Source: an uncultured Actinomycetes bacterium | GTDB lineage: Bacteria > Actinomycetota > Coriobacteriia > Anaerosomatales > CAVRZR01 | Direction of reading: 5' to 3' | NCBI GenBank assembly: GCA_963809535.1 | Contig: CAWEJW010000001.1 | Location: 617,354 to 681,353, forward strand | DNA length: 64,000 nucleotides | Part shown: positions 10,231 through 22,214 of the stretch, in pieces | Numbering within the stretch: the first letter of the stretch is position 1 | Layout: every line of letters begins with the position of its first letter | Notes under the pieces: model-generated | The model's input: the letters and a program-made list of their open reading frames with translations, nothing else | What the model was told of the DNA's origin: nothing | The model's database searches: none | Translations under genes and position numbers: made by a program

Positions 10231-10818
10231 GTGCGCATAGGCGTCCTCGCACTGCAAGGCGCGGTGCGCGAGCACGTCATGATGCTCGAGGCTCTCGATG
10301 TGGGGTACGTCGCAGTGCGCACCTCGCACCAGCTTGACGACCTCGATGGCCTCATCATTCCCGGCGGCGAGTCAACTGCGATCGGGAAGCTCATGGAGAC
10401 CGCGGGCTTCTATGAGCCCATTCGCGAGCGCCATGAGGCGGGTATGGCGGTGTGGGGGACATGCGCCGGCGCGATACTCATCGCGTCTGAGATACTCGAC
10501 CAGGCTCCGGGCCAGCGCAGCCTCGAGTTGATGGACGTCACTGTCCGACGCAACGCCTTCGGCAGGCAGGTCGACTCGTTCGAGGCAGATCTCGATTTCT
10601 CTGGTCTGCCGGACGGCGAATTCCGCGGGGTGTTCATTCGCGCTCCGTGGATCGAGCTGGTGGGAGAGCGTGCTCGCGCTCTGGCCACGCACGATGGGCG
10701 CGTGGTCGCTGCTCAGCAGGGCGATCTGCTCGCGACGGTGTTCCACCCCGAACTTACTGGCGACCCCCGGGTGCACCGCTTCTTCATCGAGCACGTCGTC
10801 GGCGTCGCCCGCCGATAG
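10231..10818 (+). CDS. pdxT: pyridoxal 5'-phosphate synthase glutaminase subunit PdxT
   Basis: Motifs IGVLALQGAVREH, PGGESTA, GTCAG and FHPELT. GTG start lies directly after the pdxS stop. Confidence 0.9.
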   Translation: MRIGVLALQGAVREHVMMLEALDVGYVAVRTSHQLDDLDGLIIPGGESTAIGKLMETAGFYEPIRERHEAGMAVWGTCAGAILIASEILDQAPGQRSLELMDVTVRRNAFGRQVDSFEADLDFSGLPDGEFRGVFIRAPWIELVGERARALATHDGRVVAAQQGDLLATVFHPELTGDPRVHRFFIEHVVGVARR

Positions 10819-10895
10819 GCGCTACGGCTTGACATACAACCCCGAGCAGACGGGCCTCCTACGTTCGTCGGCATCACGCGTCGAAGGGAACGTCA

Positions 10896-11651
10896 ATGTC
10901 CGGGCACTCCAAGTGGGCGACGACGAAGCACCGGAAAGCCGCGCAGGACAAGAAGCGCTCGGCGCTGTTCAGCAAGCTCGCGCGGATGATCACGGTTGCG
11001 GCGAAGACGGGCGGAGATCCGAGCCCCGAGAATAATGCGTCGCTTGCGGCAGCCGTCGCCAAGGCGAAGTCCTATTCGCTGCCGAGGGACAAGATCGACG
11101 TTGCCATCGCCAAGGCCTTCGCCGCCGGTGGTGGCGAGAACTACGAGGAAGTGGTCTACGAGGGGTATGGGCCCGCTGGAATCGCCATCTACGTTGAGGC
11201 TCTGACCGATAATCGGAACCGCACGGCGGCGGATGTGCGGAGCGCATTTACTCGTGCCGGTGGCAATCTCGCGTCATCGGGGGCCGTGGCCTTTCAGTTC
11301 GAGCGCAAGGGCCAGATCGTCATTGACAGGACGGCCGCTCCAGACGAAGACGAGTTGCTGCTCGCTGTGGCCGACGCGGGTGGAGAGGACCTTGAAGAGG
11401 GCGATGATGAGTGGGTCGTGATCACCGCGCCCGCCGAGGTGGCCTCAGTCCGCGACGCGCTCGAGGCCGTTGGTGTAGCAGTACGCGGCGTCGAGCTCAC
11501 CATGGAGCCGACGACCCCGGTCGTTGTGTCTGTCGAAGACGCGAAGAAGGTGCTGCGCCTGATCGACAACCTGGAAGAGCACGACGACATTCAGAACGTT
11601 TACCACAATATGGAACTAACGGACGAGATCGCTGAGGCGCTCGAGGGGTAG
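10896..11651 (+). CDS. yebC: YebC/PmpR family DNA-binding transcriptional regulator
   Basis: MSGHSKWATTKHRKAAQDKKRSALFSKLAR..., full-length YebC signature. Confidence 0.95.
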   Translation: MSGHSKWATTKHRKAAQDKKRSALFSKLARMITVAAKTGGDPSPENNASLAAAVAKAKSYSLPRDKIDVAIAKAFAAGGGENYEEVVYEGYGPAGIAIYVEALTDNRNRTAADVRSAFTRAGGNLASSGAVAFQFERKGQIVIDRTAAPDEDELLLAVADAGGEDLEEGDDEWVVITAPAEVASVRDALEAVGVAVRGVELTMEPTTPVVVSVEDAKKVLRLIDNLEEHDDIQNVYHNMELTDEIAEALEG

Positions 11652-11788
11652 GACAGGATCGTCGCCCGCCGTTGATGTGCACCTTCGTGTTCGCTTTACG
11701 CGTCCATGCCCGCGCGCTACCCTGAACATATGTTCGATAGTCAGGCAGGCGACTGCGAACACATCCGCCGAGAGGGAGGGGCTCCCGC

Positions 11789-12322
11789 GTGATCATCCTC
11801 GGCATCGACCCCGGGCTTGCGAACACGGGGTGGGGCGTCGTCGAACACGTCGGATCGGGCTTTCGCTGTCTCGCGTACGGGTGCGTGACCACGTCGCCGG
11901 ATGAACCAACGTCGACACGACTGGCGACGGTACACCGCGAGATCGCTATGGTGATTCAGCGCTACGAACCCAGCGAAGCCGCAGTCGAGAGCGTGTACTT
12001 CGGGACCAACGCCAAGACCGCGTTCGCAACGGGCCAAGCTCGTGGCGTCGCACTGCTCGCGACCGCGAACGCGGGGCTTGCGCTCGGCGAATACGGACCA
12101 GGTGAGATCAAGATGGCCGTCGTCGGGACAGGCAGCGCAGACAAGCAGCAGGTACAGTACATGGTGCGCGCCATCCTCGGCCTCCCCGGCGATCCCCAGC
12201 CCGATCACGCGGCCGATGCGCTCGCCGCCGCCATCTGTCACGCGCACCAACGCAAGGCAAACGCCGTCGAGGCACGGACCCCTGGGCAGCGGACGGCCCG
12301 CCTCGGGACCGGGGCCAACTGA
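11789..12322 (+). CDS. ruvC: crossover junction endodeoxyribonuclease RuvC
   Basis: IILGIDPGLANTGWGVV... and ADALA.AICH. First gene of a ruvCAB operon. Confidence 0.9.
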   Translation: MIILGIDPGLANTGWGVVEHVGSGFRCLAYGCVTTSPDEPTSTRLATVHREIAMVIQRYEPSEAAVESVYFGTNAKTAFATGQARGVALLATANAGLALGEYGPGEIKMAVVGTGSADKQQVQYMVRAILGLPGDPQPDHAADALAAAICHAHQRKANAVEARTPGQRTARLGTGAN

Positions 12323-12915
12323 TGATCGCGTTCCTTACGGGTCGGGTCGCGAGCAAGACCGCCGATCACTGTCTGCTCGATGTGGGAGGTGTCGGCTTCA
12401 AGCTGGCGATGTCGACGTCGGCGTTGGCTTCACTGCCCGCAGAAGGCGACACGGTGACGGTGCACACTCTCCTGTACGTGCGCGAAGACGAGCTCTCGCT
12501 CTTCGGCTTCGAATCCGTCGAGGAGAAGGCACTCTTCGAGAACTTGCTCACGGTGTCCGGAGTCGGCCCGAAGGTCGCTTTGGCGGCGCTGTCCTCATTC
12601 TCGCCGGAAGCGTTCACCGAGGCGATCGCGCGCGAGGACGCGACGCTGATCGCGTCGGTGCCCGGCATCGGCAAGAAGACGGCTCAGCGCATCATCCTGG
12701 ATCTGAAGGACAAGCTTGGCTTGCCAGACTTGACGGGAGCGCCCGCAGCGGGCGGGGCAAGCGCCGACGTTGCCGCCGAGGCGGCACAGGCGCTCCTCGG
12801 CATGGGCTTCTCCTCAGCCGAGGTAGCCGGCGCGCTCAAGGGCTACGACGGACCTGCGGGTGATGCACAAGCTCTGCTCAAGCACGCGCTCCGTCGTTTG
12901 GGCGGTGGCGTGTGA
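12322..12915 (+). CDS. ruvA: Holliday junction branch migration protein RuvA
   Basis: MIAFL.G.V. and [22 protein letters not shown] HhH motifs. Start overlaps the ruvC stop. Confidence 0.9.
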   Translation: MIAFLTGRVASKTADHCLLDVGGVGFKLAMSTSALASLPAEGDTVTVHTLLYVREDELSLFGFESVEEKALFENLLTVSGVGPKVALAALSSFSPEAFTEAIAREDATLIASVPGIGKKTAQRIILDLKDKLGLPDLTGAPAAGGASADVAAEAAQALLGMGFSSAEVAGALKGYDGPAGDAQALLKHALRRLGGGV

Positions 12916-14012
12916 GCACCGTCTGGGAACCATCGGGAGCAGGACCGACCGCGAGCTCCGACTCGGGCGCGGGCGGCTCAGACGAAGTAGAGCGGCTGGT
13001 CTCGGCCGAATTCACCGAAGACGACTTGGAGATCGACCGGAACCTGCGGCCCAAGCGCCTGTCCGAGTACCTGGGCCAGACCCGGGTCAAGGAGAACCTC
13101 GCGGTGCTCATTGAGGCGGCGCGTGGACGCAACGAGCCGCTCGACCACATGTTGCTCTCCGGCCCGCCGGGCCTTGGCAAGACCACGCTCGCGGGGGTCA
13201 TCGCAAACGAGCTCGCGGTTGCCATCAAGACGACGAGCGGACCCGCTGTCGAGCGCTCGGGTGATCTGGCCGCCATCCTCACGAACCTCGACGAGCGGGA
13301 CGTGCTGTTCATCGACGAGATCCACCGCCTCAACCGCGTCGTGGAAGAGGTGCTCTATCCGGCGATGGAGGACTTCACGCTCGACATCATCATCGGGAAG
13401 GGACCGGCGGCGCGCTCGCTGCGCCTCGACCTGCCGCGGTTCACGCTCATCGGCGCGACCACGCGCACGGGGCTGCTCACGGGGCCGCTGCGCGACCGCT
13501 TTGGCATGGCATTCCGCCTCGAGTACTACGACGCCGAGGAACTCAAGGCGATCGTCGAGCGCTCTGCACGAATCCTCGGCGTCGAGATCGACGACCTTGG
13601 TGCCGCCGAGATCGCACGCCGTTCGCGCGGCACACCTCGGCTCGCGAACAGACTGCTCAAGCGCGTGCGGGACTATGCGCAGGTGCGCCGGGACGGACGC
13701 ATCACCGAAGACGTCGCCGCCGAGGCGCTCGCGTTCTTCGAGGTCGACCACTTAGGGCTGGATCGGATGGACGTGCAGATCCTCGAGACGCTCGCGGTCA
13801 AGTTCGGCGGCCGGCCGGTGGGGCTCAACACGATCGCGAGTGCGATCGGCGAGGACGCCGACACGCTCGAGGACGTCTACGAGCCGTTCCTGCTGCAGCT
13901 CGGCTTTCTCGAGCGAACGCCGAAAGGGCGTCAAGCGACGCCGAGGGCGTTCGAGCATCTGGGACTTGAGCCGCCCGTAACCGCAAGACCGCCGCAGCCC
14001 GGCCTCTTCTAG
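12912..14012 (+). CDS. ruvB: Holliday junction branch migration DNA helicase RuvB
   Basis: Motifs [25 protein letters not shown] and ATTR.G.LT.PLRDRFG. Confidence 0.95.
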   Translation: MSTVWEPSGAGPTASSDSGAGGSDEVERLVSAEFTEDDLEIDRNLRPKRLSEYLGQTRVKENLAVLIEAARGRNEPLDHMLLSGPPGLGKTTLAGVIANELAVAIKTTSGPAVERSGDLAAILTNLDERDVLFIDEIHRLNRVVEEVLYPAMEDFTLDIIIGKGPAARSLRLDLPRFTLIGATTRTGLLTGPLRDRFGMAFRLEYYDAEELKAIVERSARILGVEIDDLGAAEIARRSRGTPRLANRLLKRVRDYAQVRRDGRITEDVAAEALAFFEVDHLGLDRMDVQILETLAVKFGGRPVGLNTIASAIGEDADTLEDVYEPFLLQLGFLERTPKGRQATPRAFEHLGLEPPVTARPPQPGLF

Positions 14013-14027
14013 CACGTCTGGGCTGAC

Positions 14028-14480
14028 ATGAGCCGACCCGTCCAACCCTTACGCGTGCAGCCTCTGTGGGCGCGGGTCGATCAGAATCGCGTCAAGCTCG
14101 CGGCGTTCGTGATCTCCTTCATCCTCGGCTCGGCGCTCCCCTTCACCCGTGCGTTCGTCGCCTTGCCCGCGTCTCTGATCGGCGCCTTCGGCGCGTACTA
14201 CGAGGGTTGGTGGGGCTCCGCCACCTTCACCGGTAGTCTTCCCATCGTGATCCTTGTGGGCTTCGGGCTCTTTGCCGTAGCCGGCGCCTTCATAGCCGCT
14301 TTCCAGCTTTCGAACGCCGAGGACTGGGTGCGCAGCGGAGACGTGTCCTACGACGGGATCCTCTATGCGGCTACGAGCGGCACGCCGCGCGTCGAGCGGG
14401 TCGAGGCGCGGCGGTCTGCGAGACTGCGCGAGGTTCTCCGCACGGACGGCATCGCCGCCCCGCCACTTGAGAAGCCATAG
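14028..14480 (+). CDS. hypothetical membrane protein
   Basis: Two or three hydrophobic helices. No family recognised. Confidence 0.5.
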   Translation: MSRPVQPLRVQPLWARVDQNRVKLAAFVISFILGSALPFTRAFVALPASLIGAFGAYYEGWWGSATFTGSLPIVILVGFGLFAVAGAFIAAFQLSNAEDWVRSGDVSYDGILYAATSGTPRVERVEARRSARLREVLRTDGIAAPPLEKP

Positions 14481-14498
14481 TCAGCTGAGGTTGCCGAC

Positions 14499-14924
14499 GT
14501 GTACGAACAGGACTACATCTTGCGGATCATCGGCCTGTGGGGCCAAGCGATTCGCCGCGCGCTCGAATCGCTTCGGCTTGGGCATGAGCAGGAGGCACTC
14601 GACCTCACTGAGCATGCGATGGAGTTGGCGCTCGACACGGACCCGTCTCTGGCTCTGAGGCTCACACCGGAGGGACTCGTCGCCTACCTTGGAATCGGTG
14701 GAGAGATCGACGCGCAGCGTGCTCGGATGCTGGCCGATGCCCTGGATGCGCGCTCGCGAGTCCTGCTCGCGATGCACCGGGATGCCGAAGCCGACCTCGA
14801 CATGGCACGCGCTGATGCGGTTCGGACCGCCGCAGGCATCGTGGCGGGGGATATCGACGAGATGCTGACAGGTGAGCTTCGAGATCCATCCACCGAACGC
14901 CCAGACGATGGACCGCCTGCCTAG
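14499..14924 (+). CDS. hypothetical helical protein
   Basis: GTG start. Alpha-helical, acidic composition. No family recognised. Confidence 0.45.
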   Translation: MYEQDYILRIIGLWGQAIRRALESLRLGHEQEALDLTEHAMELALDTDPSLALRLTPEGLVAYLGIGGEIDAQRARMLADALDARSRVLLAMHRDAEADLDMARADAVRTAAGIVAGDIDEMLTGELRDPSTERPDDGPPA

Positions 14925-14991
14925 CGTACCCGTGGGACACACCCTGGTTAACCGGCACGCTCTCCTGATGGGTAGATAGAGAGCCAAGGAA

Positions 14992-15615
14992 GTGGTGACA
15001 ATGCGCGCCTTGCGTCGCGCTAGCCGGTTGACGGCGTTCATGTTATTGGTCGCGATGCTCGCCACGTTGTCGGCGTGCCGCTCGACCACGGGCGACACGA
15101 CGGTTCCCGCGTCGTCACCCAGCGCTCCCGAAAAGGAGGCTCAGATGCTCACACTCTCCTCTCAGGCCTTCGAGAACGGAGGCCTGATCCCCGTCGAGTA
15201 CGCCGCGACCGGTGTGGCCGGCGGACAGAACATCTCGATACCGTACGAGTGGCGAGGTGCGCCTGACGGCACGAAGTCTTTCGCTCTCGTACTCGTCGAT
15301 CTGCACCCGGTTGCCCACTCGTGGGTGCATTGGATGGTGACCGGCATCGCTCCGGAGGCTAGCTCACTTGCCAGAGGAGCCTCCGGCAGTGCGATGCCGG
15401 CGGGAGCGGTCGAGCACCCCAACACCTCGGGGAGGTCTGGCTACAGCGGGCCGCAACCACCCATCGGCTCCGGGAACCACGAGTACAACGCGACGTTGTA
15501 CGCCCTCGATATCACCTCTCCCAATCCCGCCGCAGGGACGCTGCACGAGTTCGTGGCCGCCATAGACGGACACGTGTTGGCGTCGGCCGACTGCTCGGGG
15601 CTCTTTGGCCGCTAG
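14992..15615 (+). CDS. YbhB/YbcL (PEBP / Raf-kinase-inhibitor-like) family lipoprotein
   Basis: Signal peptide with lipobox LSAC. PEBP motifs S.AF..GG.IP..Y, FALV..D.......W.HW and Y.GP.PP.G.G.H.Y. Confidence 0.8.
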   Translation: MVTMRALRRASRLTAFMLLVAMLATLSACRSTTGDTTVPASSPSAPEKEAQMLTLSSQAFENGGLIPVEYAATGVAGGQNISIPYEWRGAPDGTKSFALVLVDLHPVAHSWVHWMVTGIAPEASSLARGASGSAMPAGAVEHPNTSGRSGYSGPQPPIGSGNHEYNATLYALDITSPNPAAGTLHEFVAAIDGHVLASADCSGLFGR

Positions 15616-15685
15616 GGACGACTCAAACCGGGGCGTTGCTCGCCCTCGGGCACGCCTTTGACCGCTCCGCGCAGGCCGGCTCGGC

Positions 15686-16033
15686 TCAGACGGTGACCTT
15701 CGCCGTCCAGAGACCGTGGAGGTTGCAGTGCTCCATGGCTGTGAGCACGGTACCCGCGTCAAGTCGGACAACGGCGGTCACGTCTGGGTCGAGTGCGACT
15801 GGAGAGAAGTCGAAACGTGCGATCGGCGAGTCGCCGGCGAAGAGCATGACCCACTCGATGAAGTGGTCAGGCTGGTTCGGATGTGGAACGTAGTGGCCGA
15901 CCTTGACGGTCACTTTGACCGTGTCGCCGGTGCGCTCCGCAGCGATGTAGGGCGTGTGCTTCTTCTGGAAGTCGTCCGCGGCCTCGAGGTCGGTGATGTA
16001 GTACACGGGGCCGAGGATCGGTGCGTCGCTCAT
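15686..16033 (-). CDS. 1Fe superoxide reductase (neelaredoxin / desulfoferrodoxin centre II type)
   Basis: Start placed at the internal ATG with AGGAGG upstream. Motifs KKHTPYI, HPNQPDHFIEWV and CNLHGLW are the SOR iron-ligand motifs. Confidence 0.85.
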   Translation of the reverse strand: MSDAPILGPVYYITDLEAADDFQKKHTPYIAAERTGDTVKVTVKVGHYVPHPNQPDHFIEWVMLFAGDSPIARFDFSPVALDPDVTAVVRLDAGTVLTAMEHCNLHGLWTAKVTV

Positions 16034-16188
16034 TCGGTCCTCCTGAGTCTCGTTCCGTCTGTCCGGCAGAACGCCGGTCATGGCGTATATACCCGCCCGG
16101 CGCCATACCTTCCGAGCTTCGGAGATTCGGTCTACGCACCCGGCCTCGAGTAGAATCCAGACAGTCTCACCAGCACCCGAGGAGTGAC

Positions 16189-16776
16189 ATGACGGACCGG
16201 GCACCGAACACTCTTGCGGGACGCGACACCGCCGTCCTCGTTCTGATCGACATGCAGGAGAGACTCGCTGCTGCAATGTCGGATCGTGAGCGGGTGCTGG
16301 CGGCTGCCGTGCGCATGACGCGCGTGTTCGCGCTCGTGGGGGCACCGATCATGTTCACCCGCCAGTATCCCGAGGGGCTCGGGCCCACCGAGTCCGTGCT
16401 CGAGGATGTGCTGCTCGGGCTCGCCGAGGAGGGCGCGACGGTCATCGGCGTGGACAAGGCAGCGTTCTGCGCCTGTCAGGAGCCAGGTTTCTTGGATGCT
16501 CTCGGGGCGCGAGACCGCCCGCAGGTTGTGCTCGCAGGTATGGAGACCCATATCTGCGTCACGCAGACTGCACTCGACCTCGCGACGCGCGGCTTTCAGG
16601 TGCACGTGGCGGCGGACGCATGCTGCTCGCGAGACGTGATGATGCACGACATCGCGCTGGAGCGTCTCCGCTCGGCGGGGGTGGTCGTCACCTCCTCGGA
16701 ATCAGTGATGTACGAACTTGTCGGGCGCGCAGCCACGGAGGAGTTCCGATCGCTGCTGCGAATCGTGAAGAGCTGA
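16189..16776 (+). CDS. isochorismatase-family hydrolase
   Basis: TAVLVLIDMQ...G.ETHICV.QTALD. TAGAAT at 16151-16156 and GAGGAG before the internal ATG. Confidence 0.75.
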   Translation: MTDRAPNTLAGRDTAVLVLIDMQERLAAAMSDRERVLAAAVRMTRVFALVGAPIMFTRQYPEGLGPTESVLEDVLLGLAEEGATVIGVDKAAFCACQEPGFLDALGARDRPQVVLAGMETHICVTQTALDLATRGFQVHVAADACCSRDVMMHDIALERLRSAGVVVTSSESVMYELVGRAATEEFRSLLRIVKS

Positions 16777-16867
16777 ATCGGGCCGAGCCTGTGAGTGCGG
16801 TCGCGTTCGAGTACGTGCTGCTAGACCGCGCATTCGGCGGGTGTTGCGGCCGCCCGCTCGCGGCAGG

Positions 16868-16873
16868 TACAAT
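16868..16873 (+). promoter_or_regulatory. -10-like hexamer TACAAT upstream of cspA, implying a ~140-nt leader
   Basis: GGTACAAT lies 149 nt upstream of ATG 17022. Long leaders are usual for cold-shock genes. Confidence 0.35.
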
Positions 16874-17021
16874 CTTCCGTCGGCGGGCCATTTAGGCCCG
16901 GAGTCGCGACAGGTTTGTCTGCACGACGGCACGGGGTTCCACGGGGGCCACGCAAACCGCAAGGGGACAAGCGCGTCGCACGAGCGTTTCCCCACGCGGT
17001 GGGGCGGAAGGATGGGTTGGC

Positions 17022-17225
17022 ATGGCTGAAGGTACCGTCAAGTGGTTCAATCCGGACAAGGGCTATGGCTTCATCTCTCGTGAAGATGGCGAAGATCTCT
17101 TTGTCCACTTCTCCGAGATCCAGATGGAGGGCTTCAAGACCCTCGATGAGGGCATGGCTGTCGTCTTCGACGTGACGACGGGCCAGAACGGCAAGCTCCA
17201 GGCGAGCAACGTTCGGCAGGCGTAG
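17022..17225 (+). CDS. cspA: cold-shock protein (CspA family)
   Basis: [33 protein letters not shown] contains the RNP-1 and RNP-2 motifs. Confidence 0.95.
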   Translation: MAEGTVKWFNPDKGYGFISREDGEDLFVHFSEIQMEGFKTLDEGMAVVFDVTTGQNGKLQASNVRQA

Positions 17226-17250
17226 ACGACAAGCGGAGGCAACCTTCGGA

Positions 17251-17287
17251 GGAGCGGTCCCGCAGGGGCCGCTCCTCTCTTCGTGCT
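17251..17287 (+). terminator. intrinsic terminator after cspA
   Basis: GGAGCGGTCCC-GCAG-GGGCCGCTCC hairpin followed by the T-rich stretch TCTCTTCGTGCTT. Confidence 0.6.
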
Positions 17288-17390
17288 TGCGTTCGCCGCC
17301 CAGCCGCGCCGCCTGGTTTCAAGCCGGGTGCATCCCTGCCGGGGCTTGGGCCGCGGTTGCGCCGCAGCGTGAAGGATGGTTGGCGCGGTG

Positions 17391-17396
17391 TAGAAT
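17391..17396 (+). promoter_or_regulatory. -10 hexamer TAGAAT 6 nt before the queH ATG (leaderless candidate)
   Basis: GTGTAGAATCGCCGC-ATG with no SD between the hexamer and the start codon. Confidence 0.4.
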
Positions 17397-17402
17397 CGCC
17401 GC

Positions 17403-18023
17403 ATGAGCATCGTCCTCCACGCCTGCTGCGGTCCGTGCCTGATAGAACCGCTCGAAGCTCTCGCCGCGAACGACGACGTGGTCGTCGTGTTCGCGAATCC
17501 CAACATCGCGCCGGCGGACGAGTACGATCGCCGGCGAGAAACGCTGTGGTCGTACGCCGCGACGGTCGGGACCGAGGTGGTCGAGATCGCCTACGATCAC
17601 TGTCTGTGGAGGAACGCGGTCCGCGGGCTCGAGCACGACCAGCCCGCCCGTTGCGCAGCATGCTATCGGCTTCGGCTGGGGATGACTGCGGATTGGGCGA
17701 GGCGCCACGGATACGCGAGCATCGCGACAACGCTTACGGTGAGTCCGTACCAGGACGCGGAGGCTATTCGCCGGGCGGGAGAGGAGGTTGCCGGTCTCGC
17801 GGGCGTTGCGTACGTGCACCGCGACTTCCGCGACCGCTACCCCTCAGCGATGGCTCGCGCGCGTGAGTTTGGTCTGTATCGGCAGAACTACTGTGGTTGC
17901 CCCTTCTCGCAGAAGGAGGCCGAGGACACACGCGCGCGGCGGCGCGCTGAGCGAGAGGCCTCTCGGCTCGCCAGGCAAGCAAAGTCCTCGGAGTGCTGGA
18001 CCCCGGTCGATGTCCGACGCTAG
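17403..18023 (+). CDS. queH: epoxyqueuosine reductase QueH (DUF208)
   Basis: LHACCGPC, ..CAACYRLRL, TTLTVSPYQ and YRQNYCGC are QueH signature cysteine motifs. Confidence 0.85.
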   Translation: MSIVLHACCGPCLIEPLEALAANDDVVVVFANPNIAPADEYDRRRETLWSYAATVGTEVVEIAYDHCLWRNAVRGLEHDQPARCAACYRLRLGMTADWARRHGYASIATTLTVSPYQDAEAIRRAGEEVAGLAGVAYVHRDFRDRYPSAMARAREFGLYRQNYCGCPFSQKEAEDTRARRRAEREASRLARQAKSSECWTPVDVRR

Positions 18024-19065
18024 CCCCCCGCTCCTCACCGACGACTTCGACTACGACCTTCCGAGCTGGGCGATAGCCCAGGCGCCGGTCGAGCCACGCG
18101 ATTCGTGTCGCCTGCTGGTCTTGGACCGGCGCAGCGGACAAGTCGATCACCGCACGTTCGCTGACCTCCCGGACTATCTGCGGGAGGGCGATCTCCTCGT
18201 GGTCAACGAGACCCGGGTCATCCCTGCCCGGCTCAGGGGCCACAAGGAAGAGAGTGGGGGAGCGGTCGAGGTGCTCCTTCTGCGTGAGCGCTACGCCGAC
18301 ACGTGGGAATGCCTGGTCAAGCCCGGTCGCCGACTCCGACCAGGCGCACACATCGTGTTCGGCGACGGCGATCTTACGGGTTTCGTTGTGGACCTGGTGG
18401 AGGGAACCGGCGGCCGTCTGATCAAGTTCACGGCGTCAAAGGGCTCGTTTCTCAAAGCCGTCCACCGTCTCGGCGAGATGCCGCTTCCGCCATACATCAC
18501 ACGCCCGCTCGAGAATCCCTCGCTCTACCAGACGATCTTCGCCAAAGACGAGCGCAGCGCCGCGGCACCGACAGCGGGTCTGCACTTCACAACGGAGCTG
18601 ACTGAGCGGCTCACGCGCCAGGGCGTCGATGTCGCAATGGTCGAGTTGGACGTCGGTCTCGATACATTTCGGCCGGTCACCGAGGACGATCCGCGCGAGC
18701 ACAGCATGCACCAGGAGCACTTCAGGGTCCCGGAGGGTACCGCGACTCGCATCGCCGAGGCGAAGCTTAGGGGCGGCCGGATCGTGGCGGTCGGAACCAC
18801 GTCCGTGCGAGCCCTGGAGAGCGCTATTGACCGTGAGACCGGCGAGGTGTCGACACACGAAGGAATGACGAGCCTGTTCGTGCTACCTGGCCACCACTTC
18901 TCGGCTGTCGACGGCCTTGTGACTAACTTCCACATGCCACGCTCGACATTGTTGATGATGGTGAGTGCCTTCGCCGGCCGGGAAGCCGTTCTCACGGCGT
19001 ATCGAATCGCTCTCGAGGAGGGCTACCGCTTCCTCTCCTTCGGGGACGCGATGCTCATCATCTGA
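18010..19065 (+). CDS. queA: S-adenosylmethionine:tRNA ribosyltransferase-isomerase
   Basis: Motifs FDYDLP...IAQ.P...RD..RLLV, PPYI, AAPTAGLHFT, VGTT..RALE and FHMP.STLLMLV. Start at the internal ATG overlapping the queH end. Confidence 0.95.
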   Translation: MSDASPPLLTDDFDYDLPSWAIAQAPVEPRDSCRLLVLDRRSGQVDHRTFADLPDYLREGDLLVVNETRVIPARLRGHKEESGGAVEVLLLRERYADTWECLVKPGRRLRPGAHIVFGDGDLTGFVVDLVEGTGGRLIKFTASKGSFLKAVHRLGEMPLPPYITRPLENPSLYQTIFAKDERSAAAPTAGLHFTTELTERLTRQGVDVAMVELDVGLDTFRPVTEDDPREHSMHQEHFRVPEGTATRIAEAKLRGGRIVAVGTTSVRALESAIDRETGEVSTHEGMTSLFVLPGHHFSAVDGLVTNFHMPRSTLLMMVSAFAGREAVLTAYRIALEEGYRFLSFGDAMLII

Positions 19066-19108
19066 CTGCAGCTCTCCGTGGCGTGAGACGGCGAGCATGG
19101 AGCGAGGA

Positions 19109-20050
19109 CTACTGGGTCGTTCTCGTCCACCACGTCCAGTTCGGATTCCCCTGCGCAGGATCCGATCCCGCTGTTCCCGGGGCGATCGCGAAGCCGTCGG
19201 CCACCGGAATACCCGGGCGGCTGTACACCTGCACTCCAAGGTCGTCCTTCGCGGCCGTGACGAACGTGGGCGCGCCATCGGCCGTGGTCGGCACGATGAA
19301 GTCCGACGGCAGCGAGGGCCAGACGCCGAACGCAGGTATGGGGGCGGAAGTGAGGGCGTATGTCTGACCGCCGAGAAGGCGCGTCACGATCCTGAAGGCG
19401 AGTGTCGCGCCGTCAGGGGTCAGCGCAACCTGTCCTGATGTCGGCGTGGAGTAGACCGTCAGCGCTTCGGGGGCGCCGCCCGTGCCAAGAGCGGAGCTGG
19501 TCGTACCGGCGGTCGTCAGCTGAGAGCGATCGATCGCGAGCGTCCCCGCCGACCGAAAGACGATGGCGTTCACGGCTATGAAGTCCGGTGCGACAGCCGG
19601 CTGCGCAGTCGCCGAGAACCCCGTAGGGGCACTCGGCTGCGTAGACTCGACGGCCCCACCACCCGGCACCGACGCATCGAGGTTCTTGTCCGACGTGCTC
19701 TCGCCCGGCGCGAAGGACGAGCGGGTCGACGTTGTGGTGGGCGACACGATGCCGCGCAAGCCTGGGATGGCCGCGAACGCCGCGACGATGAGCACAGCTG
19801 CCGCGGCTCCCGCCCACGCCAACGTGTTCCGTTGGCGAGCTCGCTTGCGGGCGGCGGAGAGCTCATCGGGGGCGACCGGCCCGGGGGCGAGGACGTTCTC
19901 CAGCGACTGGGGAGTCTCCTCGAGGCCGGCCTCACCAGCGAGCGCGACCGCTTCGGCCGGACTCGGCTCAAGAGCAGACGAAGCGGCGGCAGCAGCAATG
20001 GGCGCTGCGTCCTCGGCGCCGCTCTCGCTCGAGGGCTGCATGAGTGGCAT
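19109..20050 (-). CDS. membrane-anchored extracytoplasmic protein; probably the C-terminal part of the anti-sigma factor
   Basis: Ala/Pro-rich linker, one TM helix (LAWAGAAAAVLIVAAFAAI), then a ~220-aa exported domain. It overlaps the zf-HC2 ORF by 83 nt in another frame. Confidence 0.5.
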   Translation of the reverse strand: MPLMQPSSESGAEDAAPIAAAAASSALEPSPAEAVALAGEAGLEETPQSLENVLAPGPVAPDELSAARKRARQRNTLAWAGAAAAVLIVAAFAAIPGLRGIVSPTTTSTRSSFAPGESTSDKNLDASVPGGGAVESTQPSAPTGFSATAQPAVAPDFIAVNAIVFRSAGTLAIDRSQLTTAGTTSSALGTGGAPEALTVYSTPTSGQVALTPDGATLAFRIVTRLLGGQTYALTSAPIPAFGVWPSLPSDFIVPTTADGAPTFVTAAKDDLGVQVYSRPGIPVADGFAIAPGTAGSDPAQGNPNWTWWTRTTQ

Positions 20051-20266
20051 CGGAGCGCTCAGCCTCGACGGCGGCCATCACCCGGGCATGCAGCGGTGCC
20101 GATGCCGCCGGAGCGTGAGCTCGCTGGAGGAGGGCAAGACCCTGCACGAAGCGGGCGCACTCTGAGCACTCCATGCAGTGGGCTCTGACTTCGGCAAAGA
20201 CCTCAGGCGAGACAGGCTCGCGATCGACAACCTCGGACAAGATCTGCTGGGCTTGCGTGCAGTCCA

Positions 20267-20270
<4 letters not shown>
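19968..20270 (-). CDS. zf-HC2 anti-sigma factor (N-terminal sigma-binding domain)
   Basis: H-x3-C-x2-C motif (HCMECSEC). ATGA overlap with the ECF sigma stop. The C-terminal 25 aa are Arg/Cys-rich and look out of frame. Confidence 0.7.
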
Positions 20271-22112
<1,842 letters not shown>

Positions 22113-22214
22113 GTTCACGTCGGTGCCGCAAGACGAACGAAAGTTGCTATCATTGTTCCTCGGGTCGGCGGCGTCCGTGGATGGCGCCGTCGGTGTTGTG
22201 TCACGGAGGTAGCG

